A stretch of DNA of 64,000 nucleotides. Origin: a virus. Both the position numbers and the translations under genes were made by a program. Numbering within the stretch: position 1 is the first letter of the stretch; every line of letters starts with the position of its first letter. The notes beneath the pieces were generated by a model. It saw only the letters and a list, made by a program, of their open reading frames with translations. It did not search any database and was not told the origin of the DNA. Location of the stretch: IMG/VR virus record IMGVR_UViG_3300028146_000010, positions 1-64,000 of that record. One strand, 5' to 3'. This document shows positions 28,101 through 39,542 of this stretch, in pieces.

Positions 28101-31100
28101 GCGCAACTTCATCTTGTATTCACGGACAAACTTATCGGTCTGAGCAAGCGACTGTTTCTCGCCTGCACCTTTTTCCAGATCGTCAATGCGTTTGTTGGCC
28201 TGCTCTAGTCGGGAAGTGAGATCGTCAACTTTCGTTTGAATGTCAGGTGGTAACTCGCGGCCTTTGTTCAACGCTTTTAGTTTAGCTGTAACCACCGCAC
28301 GGGAATAGTCACGGTTGATTAACTCACGGCGAATTGCCAGCCCGCGACCTTGTTCACTACCAGCACGATAGACCGCTTCATCGTTCGCATCGGAAGCGGC
28401 GTCTAGCTGCTTCACTTTTTGATAAGCATCGGCAATTTTCTCTTCATTGCCTGACTTTTCCGCTGCGTCCAATTCGGCTGCTGCTAATTCCTTGCCGTTG
28501 CTAATCCGCATCCGGTCGTAAAGCAATGCCATTGATTCTTTGGTAGACAGCGGACGAGGTTCTTTCACGATGCTGGCTGCGAGTGAACGCGGATCAATAT
28601 CGCCGTTCCGCACCGCCGCAACGCCTTGATCGAAACTCTCACCATGCGAGCGACGGGCTTTGACGAATTGCGGTAGACCTTGCAGTTCGCGTTCGGCTTC
28701 TACGACGGCGTGTTTAATCGACGTAGTATCAGGTAACGGCTCTGGTGTCTCTACCTTTGCAGTCGAAGGGATGCTTTTAGAGCCTCTAACTGACTCGGGC
28801 GCAATGTCAGTCCCCAACTCACTAACTGCCCTGCCTTCAATAGTCGGCCCTGCCTCACGTACCGCCCTGCCTTCCGTTTCAGGCGTGGCGGAACGCGATA
28901 CCACACTGGGTACACGTTCGCTGTCAGTAACGGGCAATGATTCGTTTGTAGTCCCTGAAATTGGTTGCTGTTCTCCACTTGATATGTCAGTCCTTGCATT
29001 TGGTTCTCCTTTAGTTTGCGCTTCTACTCCACCTAGAGGCGGTGCGATCTTTCCCGCTTTTATTAATTCTTTATATGCGGATTCGGGATGTCTGCCAGAT
29101 TCCCCCACCAGTGTTATGTTAGACGGATCAATTCTACCTTCTATATTTGCATCCTCGGCAGCGAGAGCATGGGCCGGTGATTTGACTCCGAGCGCAGATT
29201 GCTCAGGCGAAACTTTAAGATCGCCTTTCTTGATGCGAATCGCTAAAATTTGCCGACCATAGCCGGACGCCCCGTCAGGTGTAGCGGCAACGGTGACGCC
29301 CCTCGCCAATCCACGACCGGGCGCAAACTCTGCGTATTCGCCTCTATCGTATCGTTCACGAGCCAAATTAGACGGCTTCGCAGATGTATCTATACCTTCT
29401 TTTGCAAACTTTCCAGCCGTGGCTTTATCGGTCGCGTGGAAGACGTACATTGGAGTATCGTCCGGCAATTTATCAAGACGTTGCCCTGCCTCATATACAC
29501 CCTCAGTTCCGCGCTTATGCGTCTTGTAAAACTCATCTTCCGTTATGGACTCAGGTCTACCTACTTCACTCTGAGGCGAGGGAGCGGCGACTGATTCATA
29601 CACGGGAATAGTCTCGCGGTTTAGGATTTGCGCGGCGCGAATTCGATGACTGCCTTCTATTCCACCGGGGCCGATTACGATGGGTTGAAAGCGACCAGAC
29701 TCTTTAATGTCATTGGCTAGTTCTTGCGAATCCGATTCAAAGCCGGGTTTCGCTGCGGTGCGGGCATCGGGAGTCAATTCAGAAATAGGCACATCACGCA
29801 GCCGCCAACGCACATCTGTACGGTTAGCGATGTATTTTCCTTTAAAGTTTTGCAGCGACTCTAAAGCGTCTTGTTTAATCTCAAAAGGAAGTTCATCGGT
29901 TCCGAGAGTGCTAGAAACTTCCTTCTTAACGCGCCAATCCTTTTGTCCTACAAGATCGATACCTCTCTGCACGTCTTCAGGCGTGGAAGCCGTCACGGGC
30001 GCGGCTCCGGCCATCGGTGGTTCTACTTGCGGACTACTAGCAGGTTCATTCGGAGGTAGACTTGTCTCCGTTTGTGGCGTTACTGACTGAGAGACTCTGC
30101 GGTCTATTACTTTGAACGGTGCGTTCTCGGCTGCTTGTGCAGCTTCGTCAGCGACTCGGCTATCTATCGGCTGAGGCTTAGCGCGAACAGGTACGGCAAT
30201 CTGATTCCCCGCTCCTGTGCCCTTAGGTCGCTGGATAATATGTTCTGTGCCGTCTTCTGCAAGTACGCGAACCTTTCCCTTCCCTGCTCCAGACTGATCG
30301 GCTGATTCCGTGACTAATCCAAAGTCTCGGTGTTGCCAACGGTTTAACGTACTACTTGATTCAGAGCGATCAATGCGTAATGGTTCGGCTTGGGCCGTTC
30401 CCGCTACGATAGGATTCTCAGGCTGAGGTAATATGGATAATCGACCCTGAGCACCTGCAAGTCTTACGGCGTTCTCTGTGCCTTCTGGCGCGGTCTGAGG
30501 TACTTCTGTAGGCTGTGCGCCTTGAAGGTTCGCTCTAACGCGTTCGGCGCGAGCATCTGCAATCACAGGAGCAATGCTCGCCTCGGGCGGCACAACCTCT
30601 GGCGGACGTGCTCTCGTGCCTTCTGCAACCAGTCCCGGCCCTGCAACCATGCCTGCATTAATTGCACCAGATTTAAGGGCCTCGCTTACTGGTTTACCTG
30701 TCGCTAGATCTACGCCAGCGGTCGCCGCACCTACCTTACCCGCATGGGCCAACGTCCCGCGCACGCCGGGAGATGATTCAGGAATCTCAAACGCCGCGCC
30801 TTGCAATGCACCCTCAGTGACGGCAGGCACCACGGGACGGCCCATGCCCTTAGCACGTAGTCCACCGCCAGCGGCGAAGGTAGCAATCGGCGGTACGCCA
30901 ATCGACATCAATAACAGTTCCGGCGCGGAACCTGCAAAGCCTCCGAGAATATCTTGAGCCAGCTTCGATGCTTGGCCGCGATCCTTACTTTCCTCTTGTG
31001 CGGCCTGTGCGGCTGCGACGGCGCGGATTCGTAACGCATTGGCTGTCTCTTTGGCTCCAACGGTGTTTGCGCCGCCCGCCATGAACTCCGCGAGACTAGC

Positions 31101-32225
31101 AGCACCCTTTCCTTGTAATTCAGTCAACCACTTGGTCATGCTAGAGTCTTGAATCTGTTTACGATACTGCGCGACCTGATTATCAATCTCGGCTTTGTTC
31201 GCTTGTTCCCATGCGGCCTGACTTGCGGCTTGCTGTTCGGCAGACTTTTCGTTAGCGACTCGTTCGAGTACGGCTTCGTTCTCAGTGCGGCGTAGTGCGG
31301 TAGTTTTGGATTCCTCGGCTCCCGGTTCCAACCCGAGATGCTTTTCTAACGGAGTCTGTTGTGCTGAAACTTGCTGTTGAGCACGGATGATTCGAGATGT
31401 TTCAGGATCATCAATTTGCCGTAGTCCGCCAACGCCATTCGGTTGAGGCTGGCCCATGCCACTAACCGGAGCCGTGGGCGTTAATCCTTGCCCGATGGTT
31501 CCGCCGCCTCCCCATCCTTGTTGCGCACGACGGCGCATAGGAACAACTGTACCTTGCGCACGGGCCATGCCTGCACCCCTGCCGCGAGCCTCAGCCAGCA
31601 CAGCGGTCTGCGCTCGATCCATTGCCGCACCCTTAGCTTGTACGTCTTCCTCTGCGGCAGCAATCGGGTCTTTGTTTACCAGCCCACCGCTTAAAATGTC
31701 AGGCTGTTGCGTTGCGGGTTGCTGAGGTTTTACTACCAGCCCACCGCTGAGTATCGGGTCTTGTCTTGACTGTGCCGCACCCGTGGCTTTAACGTACTGC
31801 GCGGCGGTCATGTTGCCGTCAGAAATGTTTGGTATGCGACCTGTACGCTCATAGGTTTGCTTAGCTCGTGGGCCACCAAAATAATATAACCGTCGCGCTA
31901 CTGGATCGTCACCACCTTCCGCAAAGTACCGCAATCCTGCCTCAATATTCTCATCGGGATTCCTAAGATTGTACCGCCGCCCTCCAACAGTCCGAGTCGT
32001 GCCACCCCGAACATCCGGCATCACCTGACCAAATCCTTGTGCGCCCTTAGAACTATCCCGTACGTTGACGTTATGACCAGACTCGACTTGAGTAGTTTTA
32101 AGGTAATCTTCGGCAACGTCGGGAGCGATATTCGATTGCGTCGCAATGCGCCTTACGCGATCCGCAGGATCAGCGGAGCGAGGCACTAAGCCGCCAGAGA
32201 GGATGTCGTTAGGATCGTCAGGCAT
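25152..32225 (-). CDS. giant polyvalent ejection protein: lytic transglycosylase, ParB-like and ADP-ribosyltransferase-like domains
   Basis: Likely start MPDDPND at 32225; VESGHN...GAQGFGQVMP...ENIEAGLRY (SLT); QPIVIG...IEGSHRIRAAQIL (ParB); VFHAT...GVTVAAT...SGYGRQILAIRI (ART-like). Confidence 0.8.
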   Translation of the reverse strand: MPDDPNDILSGGLVPRSADPADRVRRIATQSNIAPDVAEDYLKTTQVESGHNVNVRDSSKGAQGFGQVMPDVRGGTTRTVGGRRYNLRNPDENIEAGLRYFAEGGDDPVARRLYYFGGPRAKQTYERTGRIPNISDGNMTAAQYVKATGAAQSRQDPILSGGLVVKPQQPATQQPDILSGGLVNKDPIAAAEEDVQAKGAAMDRAQTAVLAEARGRGAGMARAQGTVVPMRRRAQQGWGGGGTIGQGLTPTAPVSGMGQPQPNGVGGLRQIDDPETSRIIRAQQQVSAQQTPLEKHLGLEPGAEESKTTALRRTENEAVLERVANEKSAEQQAASQAAWEQANKAEIDNQVAQYRKQIQDSSMTKWLTELQGKGAASLAEFMAGGANTVGAKETANALRIRAVAAAQAAQEESKDRGQASKLAQDILGGFAGSAPELLLMSIGVPPIATFAAGGGLRAKGMGRPVVPAVTEGALQGAAFEIPESSPGVRGTLAHAGKVGAATAGVDLATGKPVSEALKSGAINAGMVAGPGLVAEGTRARPPEVVPPEASIAPVIADARAERVRANLQGAQPTEVPQTAPEGTENAVRLAGAQGRLSILPQPENPIVAGTAQAEPLRIDRSESSSTLNRWQHRDFGLVTESADQSGAGKGKVRVLAEDGTEHIIQRPKGTGAGNQIAVPVRAKPQPIDSRVADEAAQAAENAPFKVIDRRVSQSVTPQTETSLPPNEPASSPQVEPPMAGAAPVTASTPEDVQRGIDLVGQKDWRVKKEVSSTLGTDELPFEIKQDALESLQNFKGKYIANRTDVRWRLRDVPISELTPDARTAAKPGFESDSQELANDIKESGRFQPIVIGPGGIEGSHRIRAAQILNRETIPVYESVAAPSPQSEVGRPESITEDEFYKTHKRGTEGVYEAGQRLDKLPDDTPMYVFHATDKATAGKFAKEGIDTSAKPSNLARERYDRGEYAEFAPGRGLARGVTVAATPDGASGYGRQILAIRIKKGDLKVSPEQSALGVKSPAHALAAEDANIEGRIDPSNITLVGESGRHPESAYKELIKAGKIAPPLGGVEAQTKGEPNARTDISSGEQQPISGTTNESLPVTDSERVPSVVSRSATPETEGRAVREAGPTIEGRAVSELGTDIAPESVRGSKSIPSTAKVETPEPLPDTTSIKHAVVEAERELQGLPQFVKARRSHGESFDQGVAAVRNGDIDPRSLAASIVKEPRPLSTKESMALLYDRMRISNGKELAAAELDAAEKSGNEEKIADAYQKVKQLDAASDANDEAVYRAGSEQGRGLAIRRELINRDYSRAVVTAKLKALNKGRELPPDIQTKVDDLTSRLEQANKRIDDLEKGAGEKQSLAQTDKFVREYKMKLRSQARQRTREVLATERADLKQQFAKLTGSRSVAEFIHSEKGEFDPAKAGEMARVVRDLARNYIEDGVTKAGDIVDSIHAHLKDVSDLSKREVSDLISGYGQIKKTTTDAVEKKLNEVQSILASTSGKADVVEKGIRPLRRGQQRDKPTEDQRRALRELQDAMREQGVKLGEKPYNPETEQATPLDKAKQTTRNRIEQLKSWIASGKKEVQGRQQVIPDSELRQLKAEQAGLEKAAALISDPAADQKAVERRLTELNKSISENQAAIRSGKVKPEVREGARSLWSPEIGAAEKERATLRQIVTDMRADAARKAREAPQPKASFYGATGSWAEYEAEARKTLNVQKASGQRWAGKVRDMQAELTDMQKTGQRAVKPEQKVTPETDEVRVAKRNAKILQSQIDNLGNVIDWRNKNVFQKGLAYTAAGVRAGLLTGTRTIGKIGSALGQSAAQQYMGEVAGEGARKLFPRTAEMAPRHGQRISGESEAEFARGIGRGVKDIPRALMSGETSLTLEAGKRYPQIPTKAGTVLAVPGRVHMAEKNILGSGENARAKVQNRQWAEKQGMDVNDPDVKQWIDDAAAKHAEEIMMLGDNPFSRMVRGGRRMLSKEGQDVSRIFVPVERVPSNYLFGQLIGEYGLGLPRGIARGIASEVRLRRAVAETSTHNMDATIVEAAKELERRNPDLMGKLSPEAADKTMRLLKRGSVGLIYMALGGLSGAGAGKVALGGYYGGAGDKNEVKPGDVKVGPVTIPHWALHSPPNELAQFTSTLKREIQSQVAQNKDQSLGQRVRTGLATGAKGTAQQVPFLNEYVDAVSSLKNGETMSTQMGKWLAARVEPQIMQELAKATDKEETEIARRRPKGFTQAMEMGVPGLRQQVPFNISPVFNNQPSKGSDEMKRLGVNVKGVIIQPDETPDEYEQRRRTVNYNIQQQTDALVSSSAYDKMSEKDKAEAIRKIPEQVADAYRRTQPRKAAKPRQPRTVLAAAP

Positions 32226-32229
32226 AGCG

Positions 32230-32505
32230 TCAACATCGGAACGGTTCTCGAATTTCACAAAATGCCTTATCACGCGCTCGGGAAAGAATACTAGCCGTCA
32301 CGTCCAGCTTGGCTAACTCCTGACACGCACCGCCAGTTTCGCAATCATCATGTTGCATTGCGTACTCTTTACAGAAATCAATCGAGTCCCAGTTCTCGTC
32401 ATCCAATACGACATGCCAACAGCAACCCGCCGCATGGTTAATATAAATCTGCTTGATTAGCTCTTTCGCTTTGGGCGAAATGTTAACGCGCTTAGGTACT
32501 GACAT
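32230..32505 (-). CDS. hypothetical protein
   Basis: 91 aa; AGCCWHVVLDDEN motif. Confidence 0.6.
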   Translation of the reverse strand: MSVPKRVNISPKAKELIKQIYINHAAGCCWHVVLDDENWDSIDFCKEYAMQHDDCETGGACQELAKLDVTASILSRARDKAFCEIREPFRC

Positions 32506-33959
32506 CAGGGGATCACTTGGTAACGAGCCGCTTGCGCCGCTGCGATGGCCTTCGGTAAGTCGGCCTCTTGTCCTCTATGCGCGGCTAGCCATGCGGACTT
32601 TGAGAATTGGTGAGTAGACGGTGACGGAATAGACATCGCCGCTCCCCGTGTCGGCTTCTTATTCGCCTCTCGATTCTGCTTGTCGCGTTCAGCGAAGGCT
32701 TTGTCGGCTTCACTCTTTTCGTACTCCGCATCCTTACGGGCTTGCGTGATGGCGGCTTCTAACGAGATACGACGAGGGTCGTCAGGCGATACAGCGCCCA
32801 AACCTTTAAGTTCAGATGTATATTGATTGACTTCATTTAACCGTTGACCATATTTCTGTGAATGATCATTGCCGCTACGTTCAGCGTCTTGTGCAGCCTG
32901 TTTAGCCGATTCCTTTGCGGCATCGTCTTCCTCAATCTTACCCGTGCGAGTGGACTCCGTGGCAATCAACGGCTTATCACCACGCTTCTGATCCTCGTAC
33001 TCTTTGCCGTTCCAGATGGTACGGATGGCGGTGCCAGCGGGGATGCCGTCGTATTCGCCGTCAGCGACGATGCGGGTGGATTCATGGGGCGTGGCGCTCT
33101 TGCCTGTCGCGCTCTCACTGGCTCGGTGATGCCGTTCAGTCTCGGTGATTTCCTTTAACTTGTCGGCTGCGGCCTGCTTAATCCTCTGGTCTTCCAGCCT
33201 CACCCTCGCTGCTTCTATCGCTGGCCGCGCCTGTTCACCTGCTACCTTAGCTTGTTCGCCTTCAATGCCGAGTTGCTGGCCGAGTAGGGCGGTGTGGCGC
33301 TGTAGGGCATCGTTGGCAATTTGACGGTCTATGGCAACGGGTTTGACGCCGCCGACAATCGCCCCACCACCAGCGGCTCCAATTAACTCTGCGACTGAGG
33401 CGTTGGGATGTGTCTTGGAATACTCGTTGATATTCACCAATGCACCCTTGCCAATCGACTTCAACGTATCCATGAACCCGTGGTGCATTTTAGGGGGCAG
33501 GATTTCACCGCTGGATGTCACCTTGGATGATGGGTAGTCACGTACGGCATCACGTTCGGCATCTAGCACGGTGGCTGAGCGGTCGCTGCCAGTTAGACCG
33601 CGTGTGTCCGTGCCAATGCGGACTTTAATCGGTGGCGTTTGATAAGACGCGGGGTTCACCGGCCCACCTGCGGACGTGGGATTGGATTCAGGAATGGCTG
33701 GTAATGTGCCACGAGGATGCTGACCAGCGGGTGTGGAGTTGTCAGCCAGTGGCACATCGCCCTGCGGCTTCATTAACCCGGTTAATCCATTCGCCCCGTA
33801 CGCCACTCGTGCAGGCGGCGGCGCAAGCTCGTCTACCGCCACACGTTTCGCCGCAGAGAAGTCATCCGGCAACTTACCCTGTGGCGCGGATGCGGCCATG
33901 AGGGCGAGTAAACGCTTGCGAGCGGCATCGTCGGTGGATAGGCCATCGAATAACGGCAT
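32505..33959 (-). CDS. ejection/DNA-injection protein
   Basis: 484 aa; glycine-zipper segment, ETERHHRASE motif and coiled coils; TG-C-TACCAT -10 box 6 nt upstream. Confidence 0.6.
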   Translation of the reverse strand: MPLFDGLSTDDAARKRLLALMAASAPQGKLPDDFSAAKRVAVDELAPPPARVAYGANGLTGLMKPQGDVPLADNSTPAGQHPRGTLPAIPESNPTSAGGPVNPASYQTPPIKVRIGTDTRGLTGSDRSATVLDAERDAVRDYPSSKVTSSGEILPPKMHHGFMDTLKSIGKGALVNINEYSKTHPNASVAELIGAAGGGAIVGGVKPVAIDRQIANDALQRHTALLGQQLGIEGEQAKVAGEQARPAIEAARVRLEDQRIKQAAADKLKEITETERHHRASESATGKSATPHESTRIVADGEYDGIPAGTAIRTIWNGKEYEDQKRGDKPLIATESTRTGKIEEDDAAKESAKQAAQDAERSGNDHSQKYGQRLNEVNQYTSELKGLGAVSPDDPRRISLEAAITQARKDAEYEKSEADKAFAERDKQNREANKKPTRGAAMSIPSPSTHQFSKSAWLAAHRGQEADLPKAIAAAQAARYQVIP

Positions 33960-36900
33960 GGGCGCATGGTAGCACTAGGCGGGGGATTTGGGAATAGAAG
34001 ATTGCTCGGCCTTCTCTCTAGCAGATATAAGAGCCGACACAGCCCGATACAGTAATTCTGTTTTATTCTCGCAATCATCATCAACCGCCGCCCATGTTTC
34101 AGGCGTCATGCCCGCCGTGTTGGCTTTAAGCCATTGTATCGCCGCCTCAACAACCTTTCGCTCCGCATTAGCAACCGTTAAATCAAGCGCTATGGGCGCA
34201 AACTTATCCGTTCGCATTCCCTGACGAGGTTTGGATGTGGAGATTTCGTGGTTGATGCCGAGTGGGGCGACATTGTCATCGTCTATCGTTGGAATACACA
34301 TTGGCTTGCCGTCAACCATTCGGACATCTCTTGCCGCTCCCGCCCGCAAATGTCGCGCATACCTCTCGGGGATTTCGGGGTAGGGGTCGGCGGCGTCGGA
34401 CTTGTGAGACGTGCTCCGACTTAGATTGATGTTCTTGAATACGGCGCTCTTGTCCACCGATCCACCAACTCCCACATAATGCCCATCGTGCCCTGATGCC
34501 CTCAATCCCCACGATCTTACCAACTCTCTCCGCTCCAAATACCTTTGATACGCCGCCCACTTGCGATTCACCTTACGGGCGAAGTACGCGGCAGCTCGCG
34601 CTTGCAGCCAATGATTGCTAATCCACCCACACCACCATGACGATGCGCCGATTTCGTAGTCGAGGAGTTCGGGTTTGGTCATGGCTTCCTCCCCGCAATA
34701 GCAGCCGCGCACTGTTTCTTAATCTCACCGCTCAGCCAGATATGCTCGCTGAATAGAAGCAGAAAGATGGCAATAGGAATCCACCAACCAAACTTCCACG
34801 CGAGAATGCCGATGCCTGCCGACCCTGAGAGGAGTTGAATCATTGCAAACTTAAAACTCACTTTTACTCCTTCCCTGCGGTGGGGTTGGTTGGGTCGGTG
34901 GACACATCCCGCAATAATCCCGCTACTTGTTTATTCAGCCGCGCTAATTCTTCTCGCTGACGATGTATGATATCAACTAGCGTTTGATATTCTTGATGCT
35001 GCTTCCGAAAATATCGCTGATTTTCAGCGAACTTATAAGCGGCGTGGCGCAAGTAGTAGCCCAAATCCGGGTAGTTAGGACATCCGGGTTCAATCGCTGC
35101 CTTCAGGAGACGAACCTGATCATGCAATGACAATTCTGATTCACCGTCCCAATTTACCTTAGAGTGAGCATAGAATAACCGAATCCAATACTCACGATCC
35201 GTTCGTAGTTGCTGAACGCTTGGCAGGCAATCAGCATCTTCGCTCAGAACACCCGCTGTGTCGTATCTGATTTCTAAGGTCATTTCTCCCCTCGTCGGTC
35301 GGAAGGTGACGAACCAAGCAATCGTCTTATATCGCTAGCCGCATCACGTAACTCGTCAAACTGCGAGTGTTCGATAAAGGCTATTGAATTATCGTCCGAC
35401 TGTCCCGCAGAGGCTAAACTCTCCGCTGCTTCAAGCAGTCTTAATTGCGCTTGTCCTAATTCTGTTTGTTCAGGCATAATTTTCTTCTCCCTTCCTCACG
35501 GCTGGCAAGGTGGTGGCGGATGGTTGGCCTCCGGTTTCAGCCCTAACACGCGAGGAGATTCACGTCGCGCAGCGCGTTCAAACCACGAAGCAATAGCCGC
35601 CGCATTTCGATCTTCGGGATCGTAGATGCAACGAAAGTGTCGAAGCATCTCAGGCGGCAATGCTTCCATGTGTTGCGGCAATCGCCCCGACTGCGAACAC
35701 GTCCAAAGTTCAAACGCGGTCAAGTCCGGCAACGGATCAAAGCTGAAATAAATTGTGTTCACTTTGTCACTCCACCCCTCCCTTCCGCGTGCTCGTCGTC
35801 TCTGGTTTCAGCTCGTCGTAAAACTCAAACTCGATACTCTGCACTTGCGCGGAACCGCCCACAGACGCAATCTTGGTCGTTGAACGAAATTGCCGCTCTC
35901 TAAGATCGTACTTGAGCGACAACGCTCTAGCGAGAAGTTGCAGGGCTTCGTCGTACGTTATGGTGATTTTCATTCCTCTCCCTTCCGCTGGTGCGGCGGC
36001 GGCCCACCCTGCTCCATTGCCGCATCCGTGTAATCCGCAGTTTCCAGCACCATCAGGCTTGCGCCACCTTCTAGTTCAGCCAACCGTTTCACGTAAACTT
36101 TAAGCAACGCCTCTTTGTTCGGATGGGTCAAATACACCGCATCCCAAAGCGCCTGAACTTCGCGCTGTAGCCGCAACGCACTTAGCCCGATATGCGCATA
36201 AACGGTAGTTGGCACTTGTACGGTTTCGTTATCGTTCATATCCCCACTCCCCGTCTACTCCCTCACTCGTGATGTGGCTCAATCTCCGAAGTAGGCAATG
36301 CTCGTTTAATATCCCAAGCCAACGAATGCTCGGCGTTCTCAATCCAGCCCTTCCCGCATTCAAACCCTCGCATGAATTCGGGATCGTCACTGTCGAATGG
36401 CATTAGCAGTTCATTCATGTTTAACCCTGCCCACCTTTCCGCCGCGACTCAACCGCCGTCTGCTGCCGTAGGGGAGGTGGGTGGTCTTAGCGTCGCATTA
36501 TGCAGTTCGCAAATCTCTTCCGCATGTTTCAACCATTCTTCAAACTTCGCGTTGTCGAGTTCGGGGTACGGATACCGAGCGATGTACATCTTTTCGTCGG
36601 CCCATCCCGTCTTAATCGTGTAGCCATCCATACTGACGCGCCACTTGCACGGATCGTCTATGAAGTTTGCGCCGCTTGTCATTTGCTTACCATCCAAAAT
36701 GCCGTCCGATTAGTTTTTCAACGGCCCAATTCGCCCACCAAGCACCGATAGCGATACCCGCAACCAGACCGCCGACAAAAGCAGCAATTAGCCAAATCAT
36801 GATTGATGAAACTTTCCGACTTTAGATAATTCCTCAAGCATGGATTCGCTGATGTTGTAACGCTTAATAAACTCGTTGCGCTTATGCAGGATCGCCGCAA

Positions 36901-37516
36901 AGTCCGCGTCGATTTCACCCCGCAAAAGCAGCAACGCATCGACCGCTCGTGCCACTTTGGTAAAGTCGTAAGGCTTTCCGCTGTATTGCCCTTTGCGCCA
37001 ATTTACCGCCTCTGCGATCACATCTTGCTCTGCGCGATGCGGCCTACATAAATCAGCCGGATTGTCAGCGTCTAGGTCGGTTCCGCATTGCTGGCACTTC
37101 CACGCGCTCATGAATTCGTCCTCATGAACGTAAGGCAGCCAAGACCGAACGACACCGAACCCGCAGTACGATTATCAAAACGAACGCCCCACTTGAAGCC
37201 ACCGTGACGCCAAAGGCTAAAACGCCAGCGTCCGATCTTAAATCGTTTTGGCGTTCGCATCGGCGGCGCGAGAGGCGAGCACTTGTGATCCTCTTTAATC
37301 GCGCCGCACTTGCCACACGCATAAGTCGCCGCTTTGTACTCTTGAATCGCACGGTAAGCATCAGAAATTGCGACATGCAGCTTATCGTCAAGGCCGTGTT
37401 CTTCGGCGGCTTCAACTAAATCCTCAAGCGCCTCACACAGAGACTTGCAATGCTTCATCGACTTCTCGAACATTAGCATCAGAACTCGATCTGATTCTGT
37501 TGGCATATTCTCTCCC

Positions 37517-37996
37517 TCAGATGCGCGTGTAACCTTCCTCAAACGCCTTCGCAGGCGAGTAGGACTTGTAGCCGTCTTTGTAGACCACGTAGTAACCGCC
37601 TGCTTGCGGGTTATGTTTCCGCATGTAACCGTCGCTTACTCCAAACGGCGCAAACCCTTCGTCGTCAGGCGTGATGATAGCCGCATCAAACACCGGACTC
37701 TCTTGTTGGCTATCAAGAATCTGTTGCAACTGTTCCACGGTCGGCACACAGCGTTCAATGGATTTGATTTTCAGTGCCCAGACTTCTTTATGGCACAAGT
37801 AACGTGGCATCTCACGAACGACGCCCGTTGAGGCTGCCGCTTGCGCTGCGTCCTGAGCCATAAACCGCCGTTGAAATTCAGCCATGCGATCCTGAACACT
37901 GATTTCTTTGAAGTAGTCAGCTTCCTCTTTCGTCAAGCCAACATCCCCCGGCCTTAACGGTCCTTCGTAAATCTCACCACTCATCGGACTTCCCAT
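37517..37996 (-). CDS. conserved phage protein with GYYVVYKDGYKSYSPAKAFEEGY domain
   Basis: Widely conserved C-terminal motif recognised by eye. Confidence 0.7.
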   Translation of the reverse strand: MGSPMSGEIYEGPLRPGDVGLTKEEADYFKEISVQDRMAEFQRRFMAQDAAQAAASTGVVREMPRYLCHKEVWALKIKSIERCVPTVEQLQQILDSQQESPVFDAAIITPDDEGFAPFGVSDGYMRKHNPQAGGYYVVYKDGYKSYSPAKAFEEGYTRI

Positions 37997-38243
37997 TATC
38001 GTTTTCCTTTCTTGTTGCCATTCCGCAACGCCCGCTCAAACTCCTCCACTAACTCGTAATTCCAGTCCCTCCGCCCCGCCTCAAGGTCGCTGAGGTAGGA
38101 GGCCGTGACGCCCATACGTTCAGCCACGACCTTCTGGGCCACAGGGATGGCCTTACGAGCAGAGGCCAGCGATTCACCTGTGGGTAGACCGCCCGTGCCG
38201 CCACAGCGGGGGCAGGTGTTAAACTTATAGCCATTATCGCTCA
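37996..38243 (-). CDS. XRE-family HTH regulator with N-terminal CxxCxGxG
   Basis: QKVVAERMGVTASYLSDLEAGRR. Confidence 0.8.
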
Positions 38244-39143
38244 TAGATTTCTCCACCAACATACAACACGACTCCAAACTTTACGCCAAGGAGGTGCAGG
38301 TAACGCAGTGGCAAGGCGATCAAAACTTGGTGGTGGCTTCCAACCGTCAGGCGTGATTATCCAAGCCGACGTTGCCTCGGGTGGTTTCGCTGGTATCCAC
38401 GTGCCATTGCCAAGCATTATCGGTGGATCGTAATTAGCCGTCTTGATAAAGAGTTTCTGGCGCTCTTGAAATCGCATCCCCGGCGCGAAGTAGGCGCGAT
38501 CATCGTCTGCCGTGTCAGGGTTTTCGCCCTTCATCCACGCCATCAGAAACTTGTAATTCTTGAGACAACGAGGACAGAACAACAAACCGCCCTCGTCTAC
38601 TAGCGACTCATTCGGTTTGAGACAGGTTCGGCAAACGTCTTCGGTTGATGCTGGTTCACTCATGGCTTAACCTTTGCTTTGGCGTTACAGTCAGGGCAAT
38701 GCTGATTCCTTGCGTCCCGGTGGAACTGACAGCCGCCCTTTACCTCGCCGGAACAGTAACACCCACAAGGGCCGCGATTCCCGTACTGCTTGGTCACAGT
38801 GGCGCGACAAGTTCCATTAGTGTCGAGATTCAAGTCGTGCTCGCAGTCAGGGCAGACGGCGACGGGCTCGTTGGGCCACTCTCGATTCTCCACAGCGTTC
38901 TGGTTAGCTGTTACCACGGCCAATGCCTCCATGCAAGCCTTATTCCGACACAGTACATAGCCGGAAACCAACCAAAGAACCAGACCAGCAACGACGGCCA
39001 ATACCATCGGGTTAAAACTGTGTATTTCAGCAGAATCGGCATTGGCGCTACCGCTACAATTGCCGTGGTTAGAACAGTCAGTATGAACATCACGAATTAA
39101 CTTATCATAGAATTTGTGAAATTGCAAGGGTAGGGATGGCAGG

Positions 39144-39542
39144 TTATTTCTTGGCCGACCGTGACGTTATATTCACCGTCGCGCTGGTCTTCCCGTTGCG
39201 CCTCTCAACCTTGATCGTCCCCTGCAACGGCTTCTGTGGCGGGTTGGACTTCCATAACAGGGGCGTGATGTCGGTTGATTCGCTAGCCAGCAACTTCTTG
39301 GGTGGCTTCCGGTCGCGTTCAGGAATGTTTGCCGACCTGTCCATATGATCACGCATGACTTCCTGCGAGGCATCCATTCGTCGCTGAAGGTCGGCCACGT
39401 CGGCCAGCCCTTTACCAAACACCCCTCCCGCGCTCAGGATATGTCGCAGCGCCTTGTTGTAGGAGCCGTGAACCTCACGGGCGGCATTGAAAGCCTTCCA
39501 CGTTTCCTCGTCCAGTACGATGCCTTTGGAGATGTATTTCAA
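39144..39542 (-). CDS. putative ribbon-helix-helix DNA-binding protein
   Basis: KGIVLDEETWKAFNAAREVHGSYNKALRHIL; similar to 41973..42140. Confidence 0.5.
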   Translation of the reverse strand: MKYISKGIVLDEETWKAFNAAREVHGSYNKALRHILSAGGVFGKGLADVADLQRRMDASQEVMRDHMDRSANIPERDRKPPKKLLASESTDITPLLWKSNPPQKPLQGTIKVERRNGKTSATVNITSRSAKK

